DNA of 64,000 nucleotides from Mycoplasmatota bacterium (GTDB lineage Bacteria > Bacillota_I > Bacilli_A > Izemoplasmatales > Izemoplasmataceae): NCBI GenBank assembly GCA_030600605.1, contig JAUVLT010000002.1, positions 259 to 64,258 on the forward strand, in the 5' to 3' direction. Of the stretch, positions 9,944 to 21,300 are shown piece after piece (positions within the stretch are counted from its first letter, which is position 1; every line of letters begins with the position of its first letter). A model generated the notes under the pieces. That model had not been told where the DNA came from, did no database searches, and was given only the letters and a program-made list of their open reading frames with translations. The position numbers and the translations under genes are program-made.

Positions 9944-10875
9944 TATTCTTTATCCTCAGCTTTTTTAGCACGCTTTCTAAATGGTTTAATAAACACACTA
10001 GATATTCCTTTTGGAAATACTGCCAATCCATCTTTCACTATAATCGGCATCATTTTTATTGATTCAATATATGCCATTCTTCTTATTTCTCTTTTTGTTA
10101 ATAGTTTGTTGTCATTAAACAAATATTTTCTTGTTACAACTCCCACACGACAAGTTAACATTCCGTTAGCTATTCCACCTAAAATCGAAGAAGAAATTGT
10201 TTTTAAGAACGGTAACTCTGTTAATGTCTCACTAACCTTATTTGGAAGAAGTTCACTAACCTCAATGTCTTCTATTCCTTCAGCTATTAAACTAGTAACA
10301 AGTACATTTAAACTGAGTTTCGCAAGATTAGGATAAGTTGGTCTAAATCCTGAAAGTTGGACAATCTCTTTAATCATCTTTAGATTTATCGCCACAACAC
10401 TTAACATATCTAAATTACCATTTTGAGATAAAGCTGTTGATACTAATACAGTTGTTGAATTTTTAATAATCAGCTTATTTATTTCTTCTTTAATTGTTGT
10501 GTCAAACACAACAGTTAAAGCACTTTTAAGCTCATCTTTATTATTCATATTAGTCGTGAGATTCTCTTTATCTTCATCTGTTAAATAATCATTTTTTATT
10601 AATATCTTCGCAGCGTCTTTATAGATTTTGAATCTTTTGTTATCATCATCTAGTATTGCATCAATACTAAAAGTAGGCGCAAAAGTAATTACTCGTACAG
10701 GATTGATAATTAAAACGTAAACCAAAATAATTGAAAGTCCATAAAAACCATACTCAACATATTCATGAATTCCTCTTAACTTTTCTCCAACACTAATTAT
10801 GTTACTTAAAAGGATAAAAGCAAAAAGAATTACAACTCCAATTCCTATCAATATCCAAAATCGTTTCTTCTGCAT
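9943..10875 (-). CDS. Membrane protein, DUF697/YcjF-like (tentative)
   Basis: Two N-terminal TM helices, then a segment (VSTALSQNGNLDMLSVVAINLKMIKEIVQLSGFRP) resembling the DUF697 core. The ATG at 10873-10875 follows GAGGTGA. Confidence 0.55.
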   Translation of the reverse strand: MQKKRFWILIGIGVVILFAFILLSNIISVGEKLRGIHEYVEYGFYGLSIILVYVLIINPVRVITFAPTFSIDAILDDDNKRFKIYKDAAKILIKNDYLTDEDKENLTTNMNNKDELKSALTVVFDTTIKEEINKLIIKNSTTVLVSTALSQNGNLDMLSVVAINLKMIKEIVQLSGFRPTYPNLAKLSLNVLVTSLIAEGIEDIEVSELLPNKVSETLTELPFLKTISSSILGGIANGMLTCRVGVVTRKYLFNDNKLLTKREIRRMAYIESIKMMPIIVKDGLAVFPKGISSVFIKPFRKRAKKAEDKE

Positions 10876-10937
10876 AGTAATCACCTCTTATAATATTTTA
10901 TCACATATCTTTACCTTTACAAAATAAAGATAAAGAA

Positions 10938-10961
10938 AACACCAATCTCGTGATTGGTGTT
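10938..10961 (-). terminator. Rho-independent terminator after the M29 aminopeptidase gene
   Basis: AACACCAATC/GATTGGTGTT 10-bp stem with a 4-nt loop, followed by a T-run on the minus strand. Confidence 0.65.
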
Positions 10962-10965
10962 AATT

Positions 10966-12078
10966 TTATAATAAGTTTTCTGGATTTAATCCAAATAATC
11001 CTTCAATAACAAAGCGTCCATCTTTTCTTATTAAAATATCATCAAAATAGATTTCTCCTCCACCATATTCGGGTGTTTGAATTAAAACTAAATCCCAGTG
11101 AATAGCTGATACATTTCCATTACTTGCCTCTTCATAACACATTCCAGGAGTAAAATGAATACTTCCAGCAATCTTCTCATCAAACAAAATATTTCCCATG
11201 GGCTTTGTAACAAGAGGGTTCACTCCTATTGCAAATTCTCCAACGTATCTTGCCCCTTCATCTGTATCAAATATTTTATTTAACTTTTCTTGATCTCCTG
11301 ATTCACTACTTGCTTCAATAATTTTACCATCTTTAAATGTTAATTTAATATTAGAATATACATCTCCTCTTTGAGGTGATGGAGTATTATATTGGATAAT
11401 TCCATTAACAGAATCCTTTATTGGCGCAGTAAATATTTCACCATCCGGTATATTAAACTCACCAGCACAAGGAATTGCACTAATTCCTTTAATTCTAAAT
11501 GATAAATCAGTTCCTGGTGAAACAATTCTTACTTTATCAGTTTTTTCCATTAATTCTTTCAAAGGAATAAAAGCATCATTCATACGTGAATAATCTACTC
11601 CCGAAACATCAACAACATAATCATAAAAATCTTCATTACTCATTTTTGCTTTTTGAGCTTGAGCAGGTGTCGGATAAATTAGTATTACCCATTTTTTCTT
11701 AAGCATTATATTCGAAACAGATCGCATAGATTTTGAAAAATTCATTAAAGTTTCTTGAGGTACATCAACGATAGAATAATCGTTATTTGAAGCACCAATT
11801 CTTATTGAACAATCAGCATCTTCATATACGCCTATTGCCCACTCTTTAGTCTTTTCTAATCTTTTTTCATCCATTTCTAGCATTGTCAATCTTGTAATAT
11901 CAGGATCAGTTATTGAAATACGTGGAACTGCCCCAATTTTATTAATCTCCTTAACAAGTTCAAGCATTAAAGGTTTAGCATCAATTGGTCCTTGAATAAA
12001 AACAACTTCCCCTTTTTTAGCGGTAATCGAGTAATTAACCAAACTACTCGCAAGCTTTTGGAGACGTGGATCTTTCAT
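10966..12078 (-). CDS. M29 family aminopeptidase (AmpS/PepS type)
   Basis: 370 aa. The N-terminus (MKDPRLQKLASSLVNYS) and the C-terminal motifs GEFAIG and IHFTPG / HWDLV are typical of thermophilic-metalloprotease M29 enzymes. Confidence 0.88.
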   Translation of the reverse strand: MKDPRLQKLASSLVNYSITAKKGEVVFIQGPIDAKPLMLELVKEINKIGAVPRISITDPDITRLTMLEMDEKRLEKTKEWAIGVYEDADCSIRIGASNNDYSIVDVPQETLMNFSKSMRSVSNIMLKKKWVILIYPTPAQAQKAKMSNEDFYDYVVDVSGVDYSRMNDAFIPLKELMEKTDKVRIVSPGTDLSFRIKGISAIPCAGEFNIPDGEIFTAPIKDSVNGIIQYNTPSPQRGDVYSNIKLTFKDGKIIEASSESGDQEKLNKIFDTDEGARYVGEFAIGVNPLVTKPMGNILFDEKIAGSIHFTPGMCYEEASNGNVSAIHWDLVLIQTPEYGGGEIYFDDILIRKDGRFVIEGLFGLNPENLL

Positions 12079-12080
12079 AA

Positions 12081-12611
12081 TTATTTTTTCCTTCCGTGAT
12101 ATTTTTTTTCAGGAAGTAATTTATAAATAACATACACATTATAGAATAAATAAATAGTGATAAATAAATAACTAAAGTTAAAGGCAATAACTTTATCATC
12201 AATCAATCGATAAAAATTACTATGGAAAACACTGTGAGAAATTTCTCCATTTACAGCATTAGGTATTTGAAGATAAAAAGCTAAATGAGCTACTATTAAT
12301 AAAAAGCTTATAATTGTATTATAAAATGCCCCCTCAGCTAATAATCCTTCTAATGAATCACCTACTAAAGTAAAAATCAATGCTCCTAAATTAATAAGAA
12401 ACACAACAAAAAAGATAATTAATACAGAATTAAATACAACAGCATTTTCACCGTATGCTATTCCAAAATCTAATGAAAATAATTTCTTTGTAATTTCTCC
12501 ATTCATTTCTTTAGGAAATTCTTTTAAATACAAAAACAAACTAAGCATTGCTCCCATTCCAACAAACACACACATCTTGTAATAAATACTCATTAAATTC
12601 TCTTTACTCAT
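12081..12611 (-). CDS. Hypothetical polytopic membrane protein (176 aa)
   Basis: 4-5 hydrophobic helices. Overlaps the upstream gene by 4 nt. Confidence 0.6.
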   Translation of the reverse strand: MSKENLMSIYYKMCVFVGMGAMLSLFLYLKEFPKEMNGEITKKLFSLDFGIAYGENAVVFNSVLIIFFVVFLINLGALIFTLVGDSLEGLLAEGAFYNTIISFLLIVAHLAFYLQIPNAVNGEISHSVFHSNFYRLIDDKVIAFNFSYLFITIYLFYNVYVIYKLLPEKKYHGRKK

Positions 12612-13138
12612 TTTAGACCCCCGTTAGTATATTTACTGTACCAATCCATTACCACTTCATCATTAAATGGTCCTTCAGTATTTTCAATCATATGAATTAG
12701 TTTAAGTAATTCTTTTTCAATAATAACTTTTAATTCTTGAGAATATCCCATTTTCTCTTGATGTTTATTATATTCATTACGATCAAGTGTTGTATAAGTA
12801 CGGTTACAAAGAACCTTAACATCTAAATCATAATCAATATATTTTAATGCCTCCTCATCAATTAGATAAGGTGAAGCAATATTACAATAATAAGCAACTC
12901 CATCTCGCTTAATAATACCGATAATATTAAACCACTTGTCCTTAAAAAACCAAGTTACTGATGGTTCTCTAGTATGCCAAAAACGACCATTTGCTTCAAT
13001 AACTTTTGTTCTTTTATTTGCTACTATTATAACCTTATCATTAGAATACAAAACAGTAGCTTTTTCCCATATTCGGTGTAATGTTTCATCATGTTTATAA
13101 CTTTGAATTTGGATATCTTGATTTATCATAGGAATCAT
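12608..13138 (-). CDS. ntdp: Nucleoside tri-/diphosphate phosphatase Ntdp (DUF402/YgaC family)
   Basis: IQSYKHDETLHRIWE ... YYCNIASP ... ALKYIDYDLDVKV closely resembles the Bacillus YgaC family. The ATG at 13136-13138 (MIPMINQ) follows GAGGAAGTGA; the upstream ATG at 13156 has no RBS. Confidence 0.8.
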   Translation of the reverse strand: MIPMINQDIQIQSYKHDETLHRIWEKATVLYSNDKVIIVANKRTKVIEANGRFWHTREPSVTWFFKDKWFNIIGIIKRDGVAYYCNIASPYLIDEEALKYIDYDLDVKVLCNRTYTTLDRNEYNKHQEKMGYSQELKVIIEKELLKLIHMIENTEGPFNDEVVMDWYSKYTNGGLK

Positions 13139-13192
13139 TTTTTCACTTCCTCTCATAACAATTATATCAATATCTATATATTAATGAAAGTC

Positions 13193-13705
13193 TTATTTCA
13201 ACAACCAGTCTTTTCCTTTCATAGTGTCTGGTTCGTATTCAAATAATCCCTTATATCCTTGTTGTCTTAGTACTTCATAAGCCAATATTGCAACTGTATT
13301 ACTAAGGTTTAAACTTCTAACTTTATCAGTCATTGGAAGTCTTAAACACTTATTTAAATGATCTTTTAAGATTTCTTTTGGCATTCCACTACTTTCACTA
13401 CCAAATATTAAGTAAATATCTCTATCTTTAACATTATAATCCATAACATCTGGAGTTTTCTGTCCATATCTTGTAATAAAATAAAAATCCCCTGTATTTT
13501 CTTTTACAAACTGTGCAAAATTTTTATATACTTTATACTCTACATGTTCTAAATAGTTAGCAGCGCTTCTTTTTACATGCTTAGTATCTAAACTAAATCC
13601 TAAGGGTTCAATTAGATGAAGCATCATATTTGTAGCTGCGCAAGTTCTCATAATATTTCCTGTATTCTGTGGAATTTCAGGATGATATAACACGATATGA
13701 TTCAT
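13193..13705 (-). CDS. trmL: tRNA (cytidine/uridine-2'-O)-methyltransferase TrmL (SpoU family)
   Basis: HIVLYHPEIPQNTGNIMRTC, LIFGSESSG and SLNLSNTVAI are SPOUT motifs. ATG at 13703-13705. Confidence 0.85.
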   Translation of the reverse strand: MNHIVLYHPEIPQNTGNIMRTCAATNMMLHLIEPLGFSLDTKHVKRSAANYLEHVEYKVYKNFAQFVKENTGDFYFITRYGQKTPDVMDYNVKDRDIYLIFGSESSGMPKEILKDHLNKCLRLPMTDKVRSLNLSNTVAILAYEVLRQQGYKGLFEYEPDTMKGKDWLLK

Positions 13706-13710
13706 ACATA

Positions 13711-14664
13711 TCACTCACTTTCTAACATTTTTAAAACTTTACTTGCTGTTTCATTATACCATAAAACATCCTTATATTTTTCAATACTTTTTTTAATATC
13801 TTTGGTTGATTCTTTTATTTTTTGGTTACCTAATAAACAAACAGCATTTCTTTTTAAAACAAGGGCCCCAGTCCAACTTGATGCATTATTTTTGTAAACT
13901 TTTTCAAACTCTTTATTAGTCATATTTAATAATTCAATTAAATCAACGTTCTCTATTCCCGAAGGTTCATTTTCCTTGTGTAAATGATAATCAATTCCTA
14001 TATTTTTAGGACATACTATTTGACAAATATCACATCCATAAATCATCTTTTTAAAATACCCTATTTCTAAATTGCTTAAACTGTTTTTTTCCTGACTTAT
14101 ATCTGATATACATAAACTTCTATTAAAACCATTATCTAAAGCATTGCTAGGGCAAGCCTCAATACAAAGAGTGCAATCTAAACAAGTACTACTATCAATA
14201 ATGTTACTATCTATTTCAATATCAACTAATATTGTAGCTAAATTTAAATATGTTCCATATTTTTTATTTATCAACAGCTGATTTTTTCCAATATAGCCAA
14301 GTCCAGCTAACGAAGCTGCTTGTTTTTCAAGAATATCGGAAACATCCACAGAAAAATGACTTTTTATTTTTAGTTGTTCTAATTCTTTTTCAATAGCTTT
14401 AAAAATATTGTTAAATACAAGATGATAATCCATCCCGTATGCATATCTTGAAAGAATACCATATCCAATTCCTTTGTTTTCAACTTCTTTACTTGGATAA
14501 CTAAGCCCTAAAACAATGATTGTCTGATATTCTTCAAAATCAGGTATCCTACTAAAAGAGTCTTTTTTGTCATGTAATAATCTGTTTTCAAGATACCGTT
14601 TTACACTAACAAATCCAAAGACATCAACATATTTATTTAAGATATTCGAAATTATTTCTTTCAT
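13711..14664 (-). CDS. queG: Epoxyqueuosine reductase QueG
   Basis: Two 4Fe-4S ferredoxin motifs (CLDCTLCIEACP, CDICQIVCP) in a QueG-like context. The ATG at 14662-14664 follows AGGTGA. Confidence 0.85.
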   Translation of the reverse strand: MKEIISNILNKYVDVFGFVSVKRYLENRLLHDKKDSFSRIPDFEEYQTIIVLGLSYPSKEVENKGIGYGILSRYAYGMDYHLVFNNIFKAIEKELEQLKIKSHFSVDVSDILEKQAASLAGLGYIGKNQLLINKKYGTYLNLATILVDIEIDSNIIDSSTCLDCTLCIEACPSNALDNGFNRSLCISDISQEKNSLSNLEIGYFKKMIYGCDICQIVCPKNIGIDYHLHKENEPSGIENVDLIELLNMTNKEFEKVYKNNASSWTGALVLKRNAVCLLGNQKIKESTKDIKKSIEKYKDVLWYNETASKVLKMLESE

Positions 14665-14774
14665 AAATATCACCTATATCTAATATAATATTTCTTTGTG
14701 TTATTGTCAAAATATTATAAGTAAAATTGTATTTTTCTTATTATTGAATGTTCTTTTTATACTACAGACCAAAA

Positions 14775-14817
14775 TTTATGTGCTTATTATATTACAAACA
14801 GCGTGTTTTATGTGCTT
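14775..14817 (+). promoter_or_regulatory. Pair of exact 11-bp direct repeats TTTATGTGCTT upstream of the XRE gene (candidate operator)
   Basis: Copies at 14775-14785 and 14807-14817, 32 bp apart. The second lies just upstream of TGCTACAAT (extended -10-like, 14821-14829). Confidence 0.35.
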
Positions 14818-14845
14818 TTTTGCTACAATATAAGCGGTGATGAAT

Positions 14846-15130
14846 ATGAAAACATTAGGTGAAAGATTAAAAGAAATAAGAGAATTAAGAGGCTTTCCTC
14901 AAAAACAAGTTGCTGATTTTTTAGGGCTTCAAAGACCAAATTATTCAAAAATTGAGAATAATCATCAAAACATGAGTCATAAACAATTGAGACTTTTTTG
15001 TGAATTTTGTGATGTGAGTGCTGATTATTTGCTTGGAATAACAAGTAATAATAAAAAGACATTTTCGCTAGACTCACTTAAAGAAATTGAAGAGAAATTA
15101 GAGTATATAAAAGACGTTATTGGCCAATAA
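14846..15130 (+). CDS. XRE-family helix-turn-helix transcriptional regulator
   Basis: HTH_3 signature [36 protein letters not shown]. The ATG at 14846 lies 5 nt after GGTGA. Confidence 0.8.
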   Translation: MKTLGERLKEIRELRGFPQKQVADFLGLQRPNYSKIENNHQNMSHKQLRLFCEFCDVSADYLLGITSNNKKTFSLDSLKEIEEKLEYIKDVIGQ

Positions 15131-15138
15131 CGTCTTTT
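15109..15138. terminator. Perfect palindrome / bidirectional terminator embedded in the 3' ends of two convergent genes
   Basis: GACGTTATTGG|CCAATAACGTC (15113-15134) with A/T arms. It contains the last codons and TAA stops of both the XRE gene and nfo. Confidence 0.7.
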
Positions 15139-16043
15139 TTTCTGATTTTATTTAATATTTCTTTATCAAATTTTTGTTTTCTAAACATCTCAATTTCTTC
15201 CTTATATGGCGGAAATACTCTTTCTTTTGAGTCAGGTGTTTTAGTAACATATGGTGTTTCGAGTATTTTTGGAATATCTTTGAAATCTGGATGATTGACA
15301 ATATAGTTTAAAGCTTCAAATCCAATATAGCCAAACCCAATATTTTCATGGCGATCTTTTCCTGCGCTTTTTTCATTCTTTGAATCATTAATATGAAAAA
15401 CACTGATTTTTTCTTTTCCAATTATTTCATCAAATTCTTTAATAACTTTATCAAAATCTGTTTTAGTATCATATCCAGCATCATGAGTATGACAAGTATC
15501 AAAACAAACACTTAGTTTTGAATTATCTTTTACACCATTAATTATTTGGGCTAACTCTGAAAAGTTACGTCCACATTCTGTTCCTTTTCCTGCCATTGTT
15601 TCAAGTGCTATTAAGACATTTAAATCTTTCGTATTTTCGATTACTTTGTCAAGCCCTTCAATTATATAGGCAATTCCAATATCAGCTCCCTGCTTAACGT
15701 GAGCCCCTGGATGCAACACTATTTGTTTAGCACCAATTTTTGCAGTTCTTTCAATTTCACTTGTAAAGAATTTTACTGCAAAATCACGTTTTTCAGGATC
15801 AGGATTAGCTAGATTCATAACATAAGGAGCATGAACAACTACATTTTCTAAGTCTAATCCATTTTCTTCCATTAATGAAACAGCTTCTTTTATTCTTAAT
15901 TCTTCAATTGGTTTTCTTCTTGTATTTTGAGGAGCTCCTGTATATATCATAAAACTATTAGCATTATAGTTTAGTGTTTCTTTAACACTTCCGAGTAACA
16001 TTTCGCTTCCTTTTAATGAAACATGTGATCCTATTTTTAACAT
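15117..16043 (-). CDS. nfo: Deoxyribonuclease IV (endonuclease IV)
   Basis: [32 protein letters not shown] and HINDS are the Nfo metal-binding motifs. Confidence 0.9.
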   Translation of the reverse strand: MLKIGSHVSLKGSEMLLGSVKETLNYNANSFMIYTGAPQNTRRKPIEELRIKEAVSLMEENGLDLENVVVHAPYVMNLANPDPEKRDFAVKFFTSEIERTAKIGAKQIVLHPGAHVKQGADIGIAYIIEGLDKVIENTKDLNVLIALETMAGKGTECGRNFSELAQIINGVKDNSKLSVCFDTCHTHDAGYDTKTDFDKVIKEFDEIIGKEKISVFHINDSKNEKSAGKDRHENIGFGYIGFEALNYIVNHPDFKDIPKILETPYVTKTPDSKERVFPPYKEEIEMFRKQKFDKEILNKIRKKDVIGQ

Positions 16044-16051
16044 AAAAACTC

Positions 16052-17338
16052 CTATCCTTTTTTGTTTCTTGAATCTCTTATTTTAGCTCTTTGTAGCTTC
16101 GCATTATATTTTTTCTTATATCCTGGTTTAACTTTTTTATTTCTTTTAATATTTAATTTATCACCATCTACTGGGACGAATGCTTTTTTTCTTCTAGTTC
16201 TTTCATCTCTAATTCTTCTGTTAACTAAAGCATTATTTTTAATATCTTTATATAGTATTTTTATACCTTTTTTCTCTAAAAAATCAAGATAATCACCATC
16301 TGTTGGTGCATAAAAACTAATCGCAAGACCAGTATAATTAGCTCTTCCTGTTCTTCCAGTTCGGTGAATATAAAATTCCATTTCTTTTGGTAATTCATAA
16401 TTAATAATATGACTTACACCATCAATATCAATTCCCCTACTTGCAATATCTGAAGCAACAACATATTGATATTCAGCTTTGTTGATACGATTCATTACTT
16501 GTTTTCTTTCTCTCGAGCTTAAATCACCATGAAGTTTAGCTACGTTATATCCATTAGAAAGCAAAAACGATACTACCTCATCAACTGTTCCTTTTCTATT
16601 ACAAAAGATAATTCCAATATAAGGATTAATACTTTTTAATAAATCAAGAAGATTAGTTTTATTATCTTTACTTTTAACAGGAATAAAGATATGTTCAATA
16701 TTTAAACTTGATAATTCTTTTGGCTTAATAAAAATTTCGGCTGGACTGTTCATATATTTTCTTAAGAATGGTCTAATCTTTTCCGGTATTGTTGCACTAA
16801 ACACTAGCATTTGTAAATCATCACTCATTAATCCAGCAATCAAATCAATATCTTCTAAAAACCCTATTTCTAATGACATATCAGCTTCATCAATTACAAA
16901 TACATTAGCTTTATAGATATTTAAAACATTTTCTTTAACAGCTAAATCCTTAATTTTACCAGGAGTTCCAATAACAATCATTGGTTGTGATTTTTTCAAC
17001 CTTTCAATCTCTTTGTCTCGGTTGCTACCCCCAGTATACTTTCTCACATCAATAAAAGTATCACTGCGTTTTGCGATGAAGACAGCATTATTATATATTT
17101 GTTGTGCAAGTTCTCTAGTTGGGGTAGTAATTACTACCTGAACATCATTTAATGAAGTATCTAATTTTTCAAAAATCGGTATTAAAAAAGCATGCGTTTT
17201 CCCAGTACCTGTCTGGCTACACCCAATAATATCACTACCATTTAAAACTTTCGGAATTACTAAGTTTTGAACCTCAGTATACTTTTTAAATCCAAGATCT
17301 GAAATAGCTTTTATAACGTATTTTTGCTTAATATCCAT
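16052..17338 (-). CDS. DEAD-box ATP-dependent RNA helicase
   Basis: Q motif (TEVQ), motif [19 protein letters not shown] variant [18 protein letters not shown], and a basic C-terminal tail. Confidence 0.9.
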   Translation of the reverse strand: MDIKQKYVIKAISDLGFKKYTEVQNLVIPKVLNGSDIIGCSQTGTGKTHAFLIPIFEKLDTSLNDVQVVITTPTRELAQQIYNNAVFIAKRSDTFIDVRKYTGGSNRDKEIERLKKSQPMIVIGTPGKIKDLAVKENVLNIYKANVFVIDEADMSLEIGFLEDIDLIAGLMSDDLQMLVFSATIPEKIRPFLRKYMNSPAEIFIKPKELSSLNIEHIFIPVKSKDNKTNLLDLLKSINPYIGIIFCNRKGTVDEVVSFLLSNGYNVAKLHGDLSSRERKQVMNRINKAEYQYVVASDIASRGIDIDGVSHIINYELPKEMEFYIHRTGRTGRANYTGLAISFYAPTDGDYLDFLEKKGIKILYKDIKNNALVNRRIRDERTRRKKAFVPVDGDKLNIKRNKKVKPGYKKKYNAKLQRAKIRDSRNKKG

Positions 17339-17425
17339 AGTATCTCTCCTTACTTATATTATACAATATTCACATAACATTTCCAAATCATTTGACTATA
17401 ATATATAATAGATTTAGGTGATATT

Positions 17426-18370
17426 ATGAAAACAATAAAAATCACACCACGAGGTTATTGTCATGGTGTAGTAAACGCTATTAATACAATATCAAATCTA
17501 GATATATTGTCAACTAAAAAACCAATTTATATCTTAGGAATGGTAATTCACAACAAACAAATTGTAGAATCTTTAAATCATTTAGATCTAATCACTCTTC
17601 ATGACGACTCCAAAACAAGACTTGAATTACTTGATGAAATCGACTCTGGAACAGTCATTTTTACAGCTCACGGTGTAAGCCCACAAGTCTATAAAAAAGC
17701 AATAGATAAAGGTTTAGATATTATTGATACGACTTGTAAAGATGTTATCACAAGTCAAAATACTATCAAGAACTTTATAACTAATGGCTATAGTGTTATC
17801 TTTATCGGAAAACATACTCATCCTGAAAGTGAAGCAGCAATTGGGATTAATTCTAATGTTCACATAGTTGAAACAATTGAAGATATTAAAAATCTTTCAA
17901 TTAATAATAACTTAGTGGCTCTAACAAACCAAACAACAATGAGTATTTTTGATATTTACTATTTAAGTGAAGAAGCTAAAAAACATTATCCAAACATTGT
18001 AATTATTGAGGAAATATGTAATTCAACAAGAATTAGACAAGAAGCATTGTTAAAACAAGATTCATCAATTGATCATTGTTTTGTAGTTGGAGATAAGTTA
18101 TCTAACAACTCTGCGAAACTTGTTCAAGTTTCGATAAAAGAAGCTAATATAAATTCATCATTAATTGAATCAGTTGAAGGTATTGATATTGAAAAACTTA
18201 AAACATATCAAAAAGTATCAGTTACAAGCGGGGCCTCTACTCCCACTAAGGTAACTAAAGAAGTTATTTCCTTCTTAGAACAATTTGATAAAAATAATCC
18301 TAAAACTCACATTAATAAATCGAAACTGAATTCCCGCAATTTATTGACAAAAAAAGCACTTCCAAGGTAG
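17426..18370 (+). CDS. ispH: 4-hydroxy-3-methylbut-2-enyl diphosphate reductase (MEP pathway)
   Basis: PRGYCHGV, TAHGVSP, NQTTMS and SGASTP with conserved Cys positions, typical of IspH/LytB. Confidence 0.9.
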   Translation: MKTIKITPRGYCHGVVNAINTISNLDILSTKKPIYILGMVIHNKQIVESLNHLDLITLHDDSKTRLELLDEIDSGTVIFTAHGVSPQVYKKAIDKGLDIIDTTCKDVITSQNTIKNFITNGYSVIFIGKHTHPESEAAIGINSNVHIVETIEDIKNLSINNNLVALTNQTTMSIFDIYYLSEEAKKHYPNIVIIEEICNSTRIRQEALLKQDSSIDHCFVVGDKLSNNSAKLVQVSIKEANINSSLIESVEGIDIEKLKTYQKVSVTSGASTPTKVTKEVISFLEQFDKNNPKTHINKSKLNSRNLLTKKALPR

Positions 18371-18379
18371 GAAGTGCTT
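18354..18379. terminator. Bidirectional rho-independent terminator between ispH and the repeat lipoprotein gene
   Basis: AAGCACTTCC/GGAAGTGCTT stem overlapping the ispH stop, with a T7 run on the minus strand. Confidence 0.7.
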
Positions 18380-18394
18380 TTAATATGTATTGTA

Positions 18395-21300
18395 TTAATT
18401 TGCTTCTATAAATGTAATTTCATCAAAGATGTAAAGTGTTGTTACTGTTCCATCATAATTAAAATTAGCATCTGCACGTATTAATATTTGATAACTATTA
18501 TTATCTGTATCAAGACCTGTAAACTGAATATTATTTGTTCCAGGTACAAGGATTATTTCTTGAATTACGGTACCTTCATCACCGTTAGCATAAATATAAG
18601 CTTTTAATGTTCCTACAATTACACCATCAAGATCATCGGCAACTTCAATTTCCAAATCGATCGTAGTTGAAGTTATAACTAGTCCGCCAGGATTATCTGC
18701 GATGTGGTATGGATCTCTATTTATTAAAATCGAAGGAATATCCAAAGCAACAGAATGGAATTCATGAGTATATACAACTTCTGTTACATCTCCAGTTCCA
18801 AGGTTATAAGTTGCTGAAATTTCAACATAATAATCATTATCTGAATAAAGCTGCATCAATAAAACTCCTGATGTAAGTGAAATAGTAATTGTATCTCCTA
18901 CAGCAATACCATTTAAATCAAATAATTGAACTTCTAGATTATTTGATGTGATTATTCCAAACTCATCATCTGTTTCTACTTTGAAGATAATTTGTTTTTT
19001 ATCTTCAGTGACATCACTTACAATAATGATTTGATGAGTAGTAGCTGTTTCACTAGTTAGTAAGGCCGAAGTTATATCTGCTTCACCACTATTTAAATTA
19101 TAGTCTGTTTCAACTTTTATTACGTATTCTTGTCCAAATTCAAGTCCTGTAAAGAATAGATTTGTATTATCGCCAACAACTAATACTTCTTCAGCTCCCG
19201 TAGCTACACCATCTTTATATAATACTGCCTTTAAATTATTAGTTACTGTGTCATCACTGTCTGTTACATTCACTTCATATTTAATCTCTGTGTCATATAA
19301 AGTTATAATTGTTATAACCGCAGAAGGATTTACTAAAGGATTAGTAATTGCTTCATAACTTCTTAATACTTCTGCCAATATTTCTCCTTCTCCATCATTC
19401 TTATCATAATCTGTTTCTACTCTAATTATATAATTTGAATCTGCTAATAATCCAGTAAATGCTTTGTCGATATTAGAACCAACTTCTAACGGTATTACAT
19501 CTCCTGTAGCAGTTCCATCTTTATATAAAACAGCTTGTAAATTAGTTGTATGTATTAAGTCATCATCATAAATATCAACACTAAATGTAATAACTGTTTT
19601 ACCAAGTACAACATCATATATTTCTTCAGCATAAATCATATCTTTTTCTACAGTTCTAGTATCTATTCTATCTAATTGATAATCTTCTTCAATAGCTTCA
19701 TTATCATTTAAATAATAATCAGTTACAATTTTAATTCTATATGCAGTATCTGATAATATACCATCAAATATAACACCAAAGTTTTCTCCAACGTTTAATA
19801 CTACTTCATCTCCAGTAGCTGTTGTTCCAATATATAATAATGCTTTTAAAGTTCCCACTTGGATTACATCATCATAATCGGTAATATCAACATTAAATGT
19901 GATACTACCTTTATCAGGACTAACATCACTTATTACTGCAGTTGGAACATCTTTAGCTACTGATCTAATTGAAGTATTTGTAAGTTCATATTCACTTATT
20001 ATTCCTTGCCCATCATCTAAATCATAAGCTACAATAATTCTTACCTCATATATTGTATTAGATAAAAGACCAGCAAATGTAATATCAAAATTTGGTCCAA
20101 CATCTAGTGCTATTTCGTCTCCAGTTGGTACATCTTGTAAATATAACATTGCTATAAGAGTTCCTGTTTCAATTACTCCATCAGGATCTTCAACATTAAT
20201 ATCAAAGATAATTGATTCAGTAGTTTTGCGTAAATCACTACCAACAATTCCAACTGGAATTGTTTTTTCTAATGTAGTAATGTTTCCAACTATTTGGACT
20301 TGATCAACTTGCAATCCTGATCCATCATCTAAATTATAATCAGAAGTTACAATGATCTCATATTCATTATTTGATAATAATCCACTAAATACTACTGTTT
20401 GAGTTCCAACAGCAAGTACTTCAAATTGTTTTAAAACTCCTTCTAAGTATAAATAAACAGTTATACTACCTGCTGCAACTGTATTATCAGCATCCATAAA
20501 ATTAACATCTAATGTTATATCATTATTAGTTGAAACGATATTAATCAATTCAGCAGCTGGAGCTTTTGGTTCTTGAGAAACCAAGATACTTCTAAACATT
20601 AAATAATCATCTACAGTCCCTAATCCGTCACGCAAATTATAATCAGCGGTGATTTCAAGACTATATACTTCACTATTTCTAACTAGATAACCTAATACTA
20701 ATTCTGTATCATCAATTCCAAATTGAATTGTAGCTACCGGAGTAACTCCCTCATAAAGTATCGCAGTTAAAGCACTCTTTAAAGTATCATTATCATCGAA
20801 CACTTCTAAATAAACTGTTACATAACCTTGTGTAACAATGATATCCTCCACTACTACACTAGGAATGGCATTTTGTAAAGTTGTAAACATTTCACTAAAA
20901 ATAACCATATCAGTTTGAATACCTTTTCCATCATTCAAATCATATGATGCTTCAATTTCAATAACAAAATCATAATTTGAAAAGAAATTGTACACTTCAA
21001 AATCAACAGAATATTCTCTAATATTTGCAGTTTCAACTAAAATATCATCAACATACAATTTCGCTACTAGAGTAGTTTCATTTATTAAGTCAAGAGGATC
21101 ATCAATTTCTAAATCAAATAACACTCTATTTTCTTCTACACTTAAATTAAGAATTCGTGGTTCTGGAACAATTCTAGGTAAAGTTAAAAATACATTTAAA
21201 GCTAAAACATTATTAACTAATACTCCGTGTCCATCATTTAAATTATAATCACTTAAAACTTTTAATGTATACTCGGTATCATTTAATAAATCTTCAAATA

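Noticed and set aside
14823-15077. 84-aa minus-strand ORF antisense to the XRE regulator
   Set aside because: The plus-strand frame encodes a textbook HTH_3 domain with an RBS. The antisense ORF has no recognisable features.
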